The notes under the pieces were generated by a model, which saw nothing but the letters and a program-made list of their open reading frames with translations, was not told the DNA's origin and searched no databases. Below, piece by piece: positions 13,301 through 24,580 of a stretch of 64,000 nt of DNA (its first letter is position 1; every line of letters begins with the position of its first letter). A program made the translations under genes and the position numbers. This DNA comes from Hydrolagus affinis (taxonomy: Eukaryota): NCBI GenBank assembly GCA_012026655.1, contig JAAILG010000167.1:1-64000 (forward strand), given 5' to 3'.

Positions 13301-16300
13301 TTTCTCCTGGGAGCCTGTGAAACTGAACAAAAGTGTAACCGAACCACTTTAATGGGGGCAATTATGTGCTGGGTGCATTACCGATGCTTTGAAATGTTGT
13401 CCCTCAGGAAGGTAGCCAGCTTTCAAAATGAGCTCCGATACAGTAATTGCAGTGTGGAGCTTAACCCTTTAGATGCTCTGGTTTCTGCCTTCATTTAAAA
13501 TAGGGGTCTGTTCAGCAGCGATGTGCTTGGTAATTGGATGGTGGAATTGCCAGGTGTACTGTCTTTCTCCCACAACGTTCCTTGAACATGCCTAATAATA
13601 ATATTCCTTGCATGATATAGAGCATTATCCCCTAATTGAGACGTATTAAAGTGCATCACAGAATATACTGTAAAGTGAATTGACTGTATACCTTGTGGGC
13701 TAGCAACTGATGAAGATTTTGTTTGTCAAATGTAAAACCCCAGAACTTCTTGATGGGTCAATGCACTGTTGTACAATGGGACACACAAACCTTAAAAAGT
13801 CATGGGTTGGAATCCTTGGGTTGCGTTGATTTTCTTTTACTTTGTTTAAAGTGAGGAACAATCGGTTAAGGAGGGATCCTAATGTACATCTGAATAGATA
13901 CATCCCCACCCAAGTGTGGCTGTTGTGTCTTCCCCATCAAGGTTGGACAAATGTAGATGTTGGGTGAGGATAAAATAGCATTCAGCTGTAATGCCTGATC
14001 AACTAATCTCTCTATGAAAGAGTAATGGATACTTGTATAAGTGTGGCTGATGACAGTGGGGTGCTAGAACGGAAACTTAGAGAAATATAAATAGTGGGGG
14101 GGAAAGTTATTCTTTGCTTTCTGTTTGACTTGGGTACCAGATGCTCCTGTCCTCGAACCAGATTCTTTTTAGATAATAAAACTCCCAGTTTCTCTGGTCT
14201 TATTTTGATTGTTGTTTTTCACCCCCTGGAGAATGGCGGTGTCTGCACAACATGATTTGTGGCAACTTCCGAGTGGTTGACCAGAAAAAGGAGAAGCAAA
14301 CAAAAAAAAACAGTTTGACATAGACCGTGCCCTCTTAACGGTTCAAAGCGGACCAGCTATAGTGCTATTTAGATACCATGCTAAGTGAATTTGCGCCATT
14401 TGCTCTGTAACTGAATATCCGAAATGGATAGGGATCTCAATGGTAAATGTACCGTAGATTTGGCCAGTGTGCCCCTGTGGCCTCTTGTTTAGCAGATGAC
14501 GTAATCGCCACAAGATATATTTTGGTGCTGTTTTTCGTAAATAAATGTGTGTAACAGTTATTTTCTGGTAACTATAAATGTCATCACTCTCGTAAGTGCC
14601 TTCATTTGGAAAAACAAATGGCCCCCAGACTATGTAATGGTGCAAAGGATGTGGATTGCAGCTCATTCTTGATCTGCATCTGTTCTTGGGATTGTTATGG
14701 ACATTGTTTATTTTTTCATTCGCTTTTGTTTTGCTGCTAGTGGTGGGTGAGAGCTTGCAGTGTTGGATTAATCATTGTGGATTCATCATTCTTATAATGT
14801 AATCACTCTGAGTTTAAGCCTTATATTTGATTATAGTAAGTATAACACTGTAACTTCTCAAAGCGCTTCACAGAGTCATTTCTGTCAAATGTAGTGACTG
14901 TGTATTTGTACGAAAACTGGTAGCCAACTTGCACATAATGAGGTCCCATAAGCAGCCATGAAGTGAACGACCAATGTATCCGGAGGGTTGTAGGCCAGGA
15001 TGTTCTAGGATTTCATGGGAATTGTGAGAAGGTCAATCAGTTGATGCTTTTTACAGCAACTCAAAAGATACTTCTGGATGTATGTCACTGAAATAACTTT
15101 ATTGAAAGGAAAATTGTATTCCGAAATCATACTAAATTATTCATAATGATTCACACAACAACACTAACACGTGGCGACTGAAAGATTAAAGGGAATTAAT
15201 TCCCTGCTTAACAGGCAGCTAATTACCGGCTGGGGATGTGTCTGCCTTCAAACTGATGCATTGTTGGCATTCGTGTTCCCGTGGAGTGAAAAATCTACAT
15301 GTTCCTCAGAACACAACCCCAAGAGAGCTGGTTATGAAGCAAAATGCTGACGTAAAATTTTTGATGAAAGAAATAAAACGTCCCATGTTGAGCACATGCA
15401 TATATAACTGTACCAATCCAATTCCCACTGGTCTATTGAGTACCTGGCATTTCATTTCACCCATTGAGTACCCAGCCCATTTAATCGTTACTAAATTTCA
15501 GCTATTCCGCCAAGTTTTGGATTATGACTTTAGCTGATGATGGGATTTCTTTGATTTAAAAACATTTGCCTGTTCATTTGACTTGTTTCATTGTGCTTCT
15601 GAGATCGCACCCATTCTACACATAGCGTCTAGCTCTATAGCATCCCATTGACGATGGAAATACCGGTGTCTAAACCAAGAATGGGTTTGTATATTTTGGA
15701 ATTTTTCTACTTTAGGATGCAGTGTGTCTGATCTTCACAAAGAGCAACATCCACAAATAATTTACAAGGGAAATGTCAGTTATATGTTTCTGATTTACTT
15801 CGCCCACTTTTTTCTCCCTCATGAGAACAACTATTCCTCCCTTGAGCAGGGAAGCAAGACAAATATGAGTATTCAGAGACTATCCAGAAAAAATAATAAT
15901 GATTGTAATAATAGAATCCCTTCAAAAGGAACAAATAAATCAACATTTTCCCCCCAAATGTTACCATGAATAAAATCAATGCTAATTGCGATTGACACAT
16001 CGGCTTGATATATTCAAGGGCTGAGAGGCAACTCAAATGGTTGTTAACATATTGATTATCTCCAGGTTGTTTATTTCAAACTATGAACTTGTGAAACATT
16101 TGTTCCAACAGAATGTGACAATTCTTCTGCCTCTTGGCTGGTGAGTGTGTTTGGTTGTCCATGCAGTTAGTTTTGTTGTAGATTAAAATATCTAGACTTT
16201 GATGAATATGAACTTCATATGACCCAACACATTTAAAAGATATACATATATTTTGTAGCACTGTTAATTCTTTATCATCTTAGAAAACCGTTGCTTAGAA

Positions 16301-19300
16301 CAAGAGAGACTCCATTCACAGAGAGACTCATTGTAATGAATTCTGAAGTTAAGTGCACATATGAGTACTGTTCTGGTATGAGACATTAAGATGCAGTGCA
16401 TTGGCTGCAGTTCTAAAGAATGACATTGGATCAAAATGCATCTTTGGCTAATGGCCATGGGTTAACCATGTTCAAATGTCTTTAATGTTTCCTTTAAGTG
16501 TGTCATTAACCACCTTTAAAAGCGATTGCAGGTGATTGTGTAATGCTTTCCACTGGTTAATTATATAATTAACTGCATCTATGAGTGTTTGAATATGCTT
16601 AGCCTATGGGCTATTATTCCAACTCACATTGTGGACCTCACTATTCTTTTCAGTGTACAGTACTGTATATAAAAAACACAGAAAAATGATTAGAGGAGAA
16701 ATGATCATGGTACTAATAAACCAACATAATGTTGCGTCAAAGAATTGGAGACTGAGGTGAGAGAAAGATGAGTTTTATCTTGAATCTTCTCCAGGAATAC
16801 AAGAGCCTCCTCATACATGAAAGCAGCAACAATGGGTGGAGCCATCCTTGGCAATTATGAATCATTAAACTGTTGGATTGCACAACACTATCTTAGAGAA
16901 ACAGTAGGTCTAGTTTGACTCTGGCCAAATTCATTTTACTTGGCACAGTTTATTTGTTAGCTTGGATTGAAATGGAGAAACACTACTTATTTATCTTTCA
17001 ATTTATCCATTCCTCTTTGGGTCAGGCAATCTGTCTGCATGCTTAATGTTTTCAGATTGCCAGCATTGACTATAACTTTCTAACTTGTTCCATTGCATTT
17101 TACGAAAGAATGAATAATTAGGACCTTTATTTATGATAGCACTGTTTTGATTATTTTTCTAAGAAACCATGACTGTCTTTTTCTACCTAAAAATGTCCCA
17201 CAAACAGCTATGAGATGAATGATTGATTAATCCAAATAATAATTGGCCACGAGTCTGGGACCACCTTCACTTTAAAAAAAAATCAAATAGTGTCAGAGGG
17301 ATCTTTAATAAGAGCTGAGGAACAGACAGATTTGACCTCAGTTCTTATCTGAAAGATGGTAATTCCAAAATTGCAGCTTTCCCAGTACTGCACTGGCACA
17401 TCATCAAAGGCTATGGGATCACTTCATGGAGTTTAAACCTACAGCCTTCTGACCTAGAGATGAGAGCGCAACCCACTGACCCAGCTGACTACTTGCAGTT
17501 GAGTGGCAAATGGAGCAGCTGAATGTTCTGTAGATTCAGGTATATTTTGGGACAATATAGACTACTTATATTTGAATATCTGAGAAGTATACTGTATATT
17601 TAATATATTTCCCAAATTGTAATTTAAGTTAATAGGTGCTTCTAGATGAGAACATTTGCTTCATGATTCATAACAACTGTTGTGGTGACACTAACGGTTC
17701 TATTGCACGCAGTGTTGCTTCATTTTCTTTCTTGTTTGAACGGATAGTGATTGAATAAACCTGTCTCGTAAATAATGCCTTTGCAGTACAGTTAAAGATG
17801 CCCCGAACAAATTTACAACAAAAATTTCACATGCCCTATTGATGGGAATGTTTGGACACTGCAAAGGCAAATCAGCAGTGGAAAGGTTATGGGCAAATCA
17901 TTTGGTCCCAGGTCATTATTTTAATTCAATTTGTTCTTGATGAGATCAGTTTTTGAAATTCTTCTCCATTGCAGTAGCTCAGTTGGTTACAGATAAGATC
18001 ATTTTTTTTGTTCACGTTATTTTCTTGTGCACAGTTTGGGGAGTAATCTAATTTGAATTAAGTGGCACTTTGAAAACCAGCCTTATTGGGTCTGTGGAAT
18101 CTCGCCTTGGGGTGTTTATATGCAAGTCTGCTTGTCTATAAGTCTAAACACATTTGCTTTTTGTAATCATGCTAAAAGCCTTCAACAAGGTTAGACTTGG
18201 CAGTCTTCCCCCACTTTTTTTTAATATAAATCTATTGGGTAAAGCTGCTGAATATTTATCTAATCTTCATTTAACAGAGATTATTGCTGCCAGGAGAGGT
18301 GCTCTTCAGTGCAATGCCCCCTTGAGTTCTGCCACTGCAAGTGTCTAAACAACAACAACAAAATTACATTTGTATAAATGCCCATGTGGCAGAAGGGATC
18401 TCCGCCCTCAATCTTATACAGAGAGCTGACATTTGAAACTGGAAGCCACTTGCGGAAAGAATAGTATAGATGATATTTGGTAGAAGTATTACCCATATTG
18501 CTCGGGAAGGTCCCTGGTTTGATCACTGGTTGACATTGAGCTAATTGACCTCTGCTGAGATAGCATTGGGTGTAGGTGGGTTAGTAATATTTGCAAATCA
18601 GTTTGGGTTTATGTTTCTGAATGCTATCCAGCACTCCGCCCCCCCCCCCCACTGCCTGCCCAATAGAATATGTACATGTGGATTAAACACAAAATACTGC
18701 AGATGCCTGGAAACAAAAGTAGAAATCGCTGGGAACACTCAGTAGGTCAAGCAGCATCTATGGAGAAAAGAAAGTGATGAACTGTTCTGACAAAGGGTCA
18801 TGGATCTGAAACGTTGACTCACTTTCCTTTCTCTATAGATGCTGAATGACCTGCTGAGTGTTCCCAGTGATTTCTGGTTACGTGTATGTGGATTTCAGGT
18901 TCATTTGTGATGCTTCAAGGAACTGTGTGTATCTCCCCGCATTTAACTATTCTGGTTCAAATATCAGTTATCTTCCCATGGATAACATGTTGGATCACAA
19001 TTAGTCCCGAGTTAATCAAGGGAGGACAAACCTTGAAAACCCTGATCATCCACTTACGTGGAAACCCCACGCACAATCTGCTTTTATTTTGAGGAGTGGG
19101 ATTTTAATATAAAATAGCCAACATTTTGTTTGAAACTTGGAAGAATAATCAGTTGCTGTGTTTTTAAGATTTGGAAGAATGATATCACCAGAGCTGGAGC
19201 TTTGGATCAGGCTTGGTTTGATTGAACGTTTAAAGCGGACTTTTGACTTTCAGGTCGATTATGGTGAAATCATGCAGGTAGTTCTGTGCTCGAGGACTCT

Positions 19301-22300
19301 GCTTGCTCCATTGCTGCCATCATAACAGTCATCATTCATCTTTTTTCTCTGTATTCCTTAATACTGTAGCACTATTTGCCAAATATCCACCCATCTCTCT
19401 TTTAAACGTTGCTTGTGCATTTATGGGCTTCCATGGAATGCAATCCATGTTCACCAACCCTCTGTGTGAGGAATTCTTTACCAGTTTGATTCTAAGTATT
19501 GGGAGGGGAAGAAATGTGCTGTGTTGGGGTCATTAAGGCAGAGAATGCATGTAAACATTGAATGCTGGGAATGAGTCCCAGGTGCATAGCATTTTTATTT
19601 TTGGAGCAGTGTTATTCTCATTTTCTATTGAGTTCCTCTGTATAGCATATTACTCAGGGCTAAAGTTGAGACTAGTTCAGCCCTGATACATTTTGCAGTT
19701 AATTTGCCAGGAAACTTTGGGCTCGAATCAGGATTGCAGCAAAAGGCAAGTTTTAAAATTCTTCCCCCAGGATTATTAATCACTCAAAACCCAAAAAAGG
19801 ACAATTAAAAAGTTCCTCAAGGAAGGAATTTGGGGCAAAGAAATTCCTCTTGCTGCTCAGTTTGAAAATATGTGTTTTGCAATGTTGAAACCACATTCAA
19901 TGCACACCTTATCAAGATTGCTACATTGAACCACACAAGGCATTTCTCACCCTTGATCTTTCAACGTAGGTTGTCTGAAGGTGAAATTAAATAGTAGATT
20001 TCATTACAATTTCTGCTCTGAGCATTAAATGCACAGATATTAAATATTTCACATTTGGACTAGAATTCTGTATGATGGGAAGAGGAATTCAGTATGATAG
20101 TGAATGAAATGGATTGATCCAGTGAAATAGTGTGCAGTGATAATGAATGAGAAGGTCTGATAATAATGATCTTTGCATAGTATTGTAATATTAAAAATGT
20201 CCCAGGTGCTTCACAGGGAAACACTTTCAAGTGGAGCGACTATTTGTAGGCAAATGTGGGACCTATTTGTGGGTTCCACAAACAACTATGAATTGAATGA
20301 CCAATTTTGTATGATGGATTGTTGGCCATGCTCTGTTTTTTTATTGTATTCTGGGATTTTTTTACATCCATCTAACCTTCTGACCCAGAGTAAGAGTGCC
20401 ACTAACTGAACCAAGCTGATGTTTGATGTACAGTATATGAATTATATACAATATGAGTGGCTGAGAAGAATGCATTTACATGTAATAATAATCCTTGCTT
20501 TTGATATAGCGCCTTATCACGTCAGTTTACCTAATTCAATATGAGTGGAAGTACTAAAAATAGAAAGGGGTTTGATCTAATGCAATACTCTACGATGGGG
20601 AAATAGGACTTCAAAAAGCACAGGCTGAATCGCTGCTGGTGCTGTGCATTTCTTTCATTCTATGGGAGTAAATTAAATATGTCTGATGCTTGAATTTCTG
20701 TATATGGATAAGACTTCTATCTAATCAAGCAATTGTTTACCTGACTTTGATATTCTATTACTACATCACTGAGACATCTAGAAGACGTGAAAAGCGCTAT
20801 ATCAAATGCAAGGATTATTATTATTATCATACTCTGGTAGGAATTACCCAGCACAGGCAAAAGACCCCCTTTTACTCTGGAAAAAGAACCTGTTCCTTGT
20901 TGCTTAACATCTACCCACGGAGTATGCCATTCCGGATGTTAACAGTGATGCACACATTGTATCTTAATGGGAGGGTGAGCTGCGTCTAGACTTGTTTGAA
21001 GCCTTTGCTCTCCGACTATGCAAATGCAGAGTATCTGGGTGGCAATCAGGAGCCTCTTTAAGCAGCGGAATGGAGCAGTGAAGCTCAGTGCCCAAATGCA
21101 GATTATTAAGTGATTTTCAGCTCCATGTTATCAGCACATGAACTAAGCGGTTACAGCTCGTTAGTCCGAAGGTTCGTTAATCCGAAGGTTCATTAGTCCG
21201 AAGCTTCCCCTAACCCTAACCGTAACCCTAACTCTAACCCTAACATTTGGACTGATGAACCTTAAGACTTTCGCACCAAATGTTCAGATTAACAAACTTT
21301 ATTTTTGGACTATCGAGCGGTAACCACGGTAACCGCCCCGGGTATAGGAAATTTGTGTGTTCGGACTATCGAACCTTTGGACTATCGAACCTTCGGACTG
21401 TCGAGTGCCATCCTACTAAGCAAGCACAGAGCAGTTTTGCTCACCTAATTCCTCCCTGATGAATGTTTACACAAAGGTAACTTTTATGAATGGAATTAAA
21501 CTGTTTCTGATGAGATACCTAACATTTATAAATTAGTTTCCTCCTTACTTAACTCGTGTCTAATTTTTTTAATTTCCTTTTTCCTGTCTGATCTTCCGTC
21601 CTCTCTGCTATTTCACCAATCATTCTTTCAATGCCTTTGCTCCGCGCTCTCGCTCTGTTTTCCTCTGGCTGCCTATATCTTTCTATCTCAAAGTTCCTTA
21701 TGTTATTCCCTACCAGGACTTCTGCAATGATTCTTCCCCTGTCTGGCCTCCACACAGTGCTGCAGTGCTACATATGGGGCAGGATAATGAGTCATGTGTC
21801 AAAGTGTGTCAGAGAGCAGCTTTAATCTGTGAGCCAGCATTCTTCTACTATATCAACAGCATCAAAACCTTCTCCAAGTGAGTACTCACTCTAAAGACTA
21901 CACATCCCAGCCATATGATTTCCTTTATTGACTCTGTGCACAGTTATTCTTGGGCCAAGCAGAGTATGCACCATCTGAAACATATATTTTTCAATATCTC
22001 AATAATCAGACCATCTTAATTCTATTAAAGGCTTGGTTTTGCTTGTCTATCATTTTCAGTTAAAGCTTTCCCCGGAACCTAAAGCTGGACAGTCCTTTCC
22101 ATTTGTTGGCTATTATTTTTTATATGCTTAAAGTGAAATCCTTATCAGGTCTCATGTGGTTTATGGAGCAAAAGCTCTTAACCTTTAATTGGTTGTAGTT
22201 ATCAAAACATGTTCAATGTACTTACTCCCTCAGTCCTATTATATAACGCGCACAGCTAAATCCTAGTCATACCAAAAGTAAAAAATCAACCATATAGATT

Positions 22301-23114
22301 GCACATTTAAATTGACTTTGCGACTGATGCATGAAAGCAGCCAAGGAGAATACAATGAGATGCATGCATAGTATCATCTTTGGCTGGACCGATGGGACAT
22401 CAGTCATTCTGCTCCAGCATGGCAAGTTCAAACTGATTGCACGCTGACTGGCCCGGGTAGGAGGAGGCTCAATTCGAAGCGGTCTCATGTGCCACCTACT
22501 GGCTGGTTTAGGCCAGTGGGCAAATACAATACAAATGGTCTCCACTGGACTCCGTGAGAAGGAATGAGCTAGGAGAGCAATATCGTAAACTGGAGTCCTA
22601 GGCCATGAACAGAGATGTCTCAGGGAGGCCCTGCACTGTGGTGGTGGTCTGCACTCTGGCTCTCATGCCACCCCATGCACAGTAATTTCCCAATCTTTGC
22701 TTTTGTGAGGATGGCATTTGGAAAGATATTTTGTATATTCTAGTGGAGAGACGAAGAGCAGCAGGCACATTGTGATATCTGGCTTGGCACCCAACATGAC
22801 ATGTCACTGGTATGCTCTGTCTCATTCTTTGTTATGTTGGGTAGTTCCTATTATGACTTGTGAACATTGAATAATTCCATCTTTGTTTTGCTACTATCTC
22901 TCCCACTGCATTTAGCTTGGGCCTTACCTGTAACCGCACGGTGACCGGCGTTAACCACTTGTTCCCTGCGTACGAGGCCACCCGCAAACAGTGCTATCTC
23001 GCAAGTGATCACCTTCTCTATAGTTGCGCCGGATCACTCGCTAAATACAGAAGGCTCTGTCCTTGTAGGAATTACCGGGAAGGGCAAACTGCGCTCTGCA
23101 AAGAATGCCTCTGA
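1214..23114 (+). CDS. MGAT5B: MGAT5B-like alpha-1,6-mannosylglycoprotein 6-beta-N-acetylglucosaminyltransferase (GT18, GnT-V family), 5'-partial: join(1214..1347,4613..4743,5435..5590,7605..7751,8320..8436,9661..9735,21717..21877,22916..23114)
   Basis: Eight exons with AG/GT boundaries and matching phases give 1120 nt in one frame to TGA at 23112-23114. Family motifs: DSFGTEP, MFPHTPDNSFMGFVSEEL, MEIHGTVY, GFPYEGPAPLEAIA, GKPT, SQHPY, PYEFTCEGMLER, ICEP, RLCPCR and a C-terminal ALCKECL. Orthology (MGAT5B versus a paralog) is unresolved. Upstream exons lie outside the window. Confidence 0.93.
2568..2610. repeat. (GT)n(CT)n microsatellite
   Basis: gtgtgtgtgtctctctctctctctctc... Confidence 0.85.
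4613..4743 (+). CDS. MGAT5B: MGAT5B-like internal exon (PHTPDNSFMGFVSEELDEAEKRETKAQKGQNLAVVYGKQDYMWQ)
   Basis: ctgcag acceptor, cag|gtagtg donor, 131 nt. Completes the Pro codon split from the previous exon. Contained in ORF 4600..4827. Confidence 0.95.
5156..5216 (-). mobile_element. Decayed tRNA-SINE head
   Basis: Reverse complement gattagagtactcgctctatgggcgagaggacccagtttgattcccgggtagggtgaaaac aligns by eye with the heads at 32.3 and 46.5 kb. Confidence 0.55.
5435..5590 (+). CDS. MGAT5B: MGAT5B-like internal exon (DMDDYLETISKVMEIHGTVYDDPERETRIPSFVINHGVLSQDNLQQLLKKAK)
   Basis: ttatag acceptor, aag|gtaatt donor, 156 nt, phase 0/0. EIHGTVY and NHG motifs. Confidence 0.95.
7145..7290. mobile_element. 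Penelope-like terminal repeat fragment with a hammerhead-like core on the minus strand
   Basis: aaaatactgctgatgctgg...actcagcaggtcaggcagcatctatggag, shared with the copies at 18.7 and 33.1 kb. The minus strand has CTGATGA-AAGGTC-GTG-GACC-CAAAAC. Confidence 0.6.
7605..7751 (+). CDS. MGAT5B: MGAT5B-like internal exon (LFVGMGFPYEGPAPLEAIAHGCVFIQPRFTPAHSSRNNAFYNGKPTLRE)
   Basis: ttgtag acceptor, gag|gtactt donor, 147 nt. Carries the most conserved GT18 motifs, GFPYEGPAPLEAIA and GKPT. Confidence 0.96.
7935..8160 (-). mobile_element. L2 LINE 3' fragment
   Basis: Similar to the other L2 3' ends in the window (minus-strand peptides LVFKS.H.LAPPYL, IGSHAFSHCAP and LKTFLF). Confidence 0.65.
8320..8436 (+). 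CDS. MGAT5B: MGAT5B-like internal exon (VRSQHPYMEEYIGMPHVWTVNITNATEVLEAVNSALVVE)
   Basis: ttccag acceptor, gag|gttaac donor, 117 nt. SQHPY and PHVWTV motifs. The donor is weak and has in-frame GT alternatives 6 and 9 nt upstream. Confidence 0.92.
9661..9735 (+). CDS. MGAT5B: MGAT5B-like internal exon (VEPYTPYEFTCEGMLERVFAYITHQ)
   Basis: gtttag acceptor, cag|gtatgt donor, 75 nt. PYEFTCEGMLER motif. Confidence 0.96.
10516..10544 (+). repeat. Poly-G tract (G20 plus shorter G runs)
   Basis: gggggtggt followed by 20 G. Confidence 0.85.
11150..11380 (+). mobile_element. L2 LINE 3' fragment
   Basis: Shares ctccggcctgct, cccaacctttggaattccatcctg and ctcaagac segments with the copy at 43395-43640. 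Confidence 0.65.
17190..17490 (-). mobile_element. Deu-domain SINE (SacSINE1/AmnSINE1-like), old copy
   Basis: aaatagtgtcagagggatcttt...atctgaaagatggt...cagtactgcactgg...aacctacagccttctgac, recalled as Deu-core segments. Related copies at 6830-7055, 20170-20420 and 56500-56700. Confidence 0.6.
18685..18878. mobile_element. Penelope-like palindromic element nested in an older SINE
   Basis: Inverted arms 18721-18777 and 18819-18875, loop containing CTGACAAAGGGTCATGGATCTGAAACGTT, and a flanking direct repeat ATGTGGATT (18676-18684 and 18886-18894). Confidence 0.65.
21149..21414. mobile_element. Non-autonomous foldback-type DNA element with 16-bp subterminal repeats and internal (CCCTAA)6
   Basis: Three copies of GTTCGTTAGTCCGAAG-like units on the left and inverted copies on the right. 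ACTAAGC direct repeat at 21142-21148 and 21415-21421. Confidence 0.7.
21208..21243 (+). repeat. Interstitial telomere-type repeat (CCCTAA)6, two units variant
   Basis: ccctaa ccctaa ccgtaa ccctaa ctctaa ccctaa. Confidence 0.9.
21717..21877 (+). CDS. MGAT5B: MGAT5B-like penultimate exon (DFCNDSSPVWPPHSAAVLHMGQDNESCVKVCQRAALICEPAFFYYINSIKTFS)
   Basis: Long pyrimidine tract, taccag acceptor, aa|gtgagt donor, 161 nt. DFC...WPP...SC..VC....LICEP pattern. Confidence 0.95.
22916..23114 (+). CDS. MGAT5B: MGAT5B-like terminal coding exon (NLGLTCNRTVTGVNHLFPAYEATRKQCYLASDHLLYSCAGSLAKYRRLCPCRNYREGQTALCKECL*)
   Basis: atttag acceptor, phase-2 join (aa+c = Asn). Cys-rich GnT-V C-terminus and TGA stop. 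Matches ORF 22917..23114. Confidence 0.96.
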
Positions 23115-23843
23115 GCAATTTCCCAATGACTTGGATCTGCCTTTTGGGCTGGAGCTCCTGCGATGTACCACATCCAACTTAATACTGGATCAGCTCCTGG
23201 GAAAATAAACTATTTTCTTATTAACGTGTGCTTCTGCAGGGGCCTCTCATTCACCTGTGTGCCATTAATCTGGGCACATCTGTGCGGAGCTCTCCACATC
23301 TGGAAACGGGAATGGTTTTGTTGAGGACCATATTGGACTACCTCTCCCTGAAAATCTATAGCGGTGACAATAAGTAACCAAATATTGTGGGGAAGAAAGT
23401 AAAGCAGCGTTAACCCTTTTATCACCGAATAGATGGTTTATTCGTATGTACTGTGCATTTTGTTTATTTACAATTTGATGTTCATTTGACATCTCATCAG
23501 AACGAGTTTCAGAGAATCATAAAATTATTATTATTTTTGGAGGGATGAATCTTGTCCATCAAAGTGAGGGACGATATTGTTAGGAATAGGATAGTTTGCC
23601 GCTGGTTTTGACCTGCCCGAGTGAGATTGCCACCTTATTGTTTTATTTATTCTGAACTGTGAGCAGCATTGTGCTGCAGACTCACATGTGTTCAGGTTGG
23701 CAAAGTTCATTTTGCTGACAATCGTGAGAGAGAGGAGAGTCTCATTCCATCACTCCTTGATATTTGGAAATAAGGTAAGTGCAGTGAAAGTATGGAGTGG
23801 TAACCCAGTGTACCATCCCGTCTCTTATTATTTTGCACCAAAT

Positions 23844-23849
23844 AATAAA
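23844..23849 (+). terminator. Candidate polyadenylation signal AATAAA of the MGAT5B-like 3' UTR (a second candidate lies at 24209-24214)
   Basis: AATAAA hexamers about 0.7 and 1.1 kb after the stop, and before the CR1 fragment at about 24.3 kb. Which one is used cannot be told from sequence. Confidence 0.35.
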
Positions 23850-24294
23850 ATGATTAATGAGAAAATGCAATAATGAAACGCTATAGAATGTTTCTAATGC
23901 AAATAGCTTAAAAACTGTGATTTTTTTTGCTACCTCTGATGAGACATTATTCTACGAGAAGGACATTATATAAATGCACGTTGTTGTTGGATTTTAGGGT
24001 AACATATTGCTCCTATTTCACAAGAGGAACGTCTTGCACTCAACTGGGAGCTCCTGAGTCATAAGTGGGTTTGGGTGGGTTTACGAGCCGTTCATCCATT
24101 GATTTATCAGTTAGTCACTGCTATCTTTGTAAAGAGTCTTTATTTATAAATGACAATTCATCATTTATCAAGAATATAAAATATGTACTTGTTTTACTTT
24201 GGAATTCCAATAAAGAATCTGGAATGTGAGCATGGCTTGAATAATTTAATAATTTATACATTGGAATTGTAATATATGTATATTGTAATATATG

Positions 24295-24580
24295 CAGCAC
24301 AGAAACAGGCCATTTGGCCCAAATGGTCTATGCCGGCGTTTACTCTCCACATAAATCCCCTCCTGCCCTTACTCAACTAAGCATAACCTTCTATTCCTTT
24401 CTCCCTCATGTACCTAACTAGCATCCCCTTAAACACATCTATGCTATTTGCCTCGACAACAACTTGTGGTAGTAAGTTCCACATTCCCATTACTTTCTGC
24501 ATAAAGGAATTCCTTCTAACTTCCCTATTTGATCATTTGTGACTATTTTATATTGATGGCCCCTGGTTTTGCACCCCCAC
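24295..24580 (-). mobile_element. CR1-type LINE 3' fragment
   Basis: acagaaacaggccatttggccc...tccacattcc...ctggttttg, as recalled for chondrichthyan CR1 3' ends. The minus strand reads TRGHQYKI. Confidence 0.65.
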
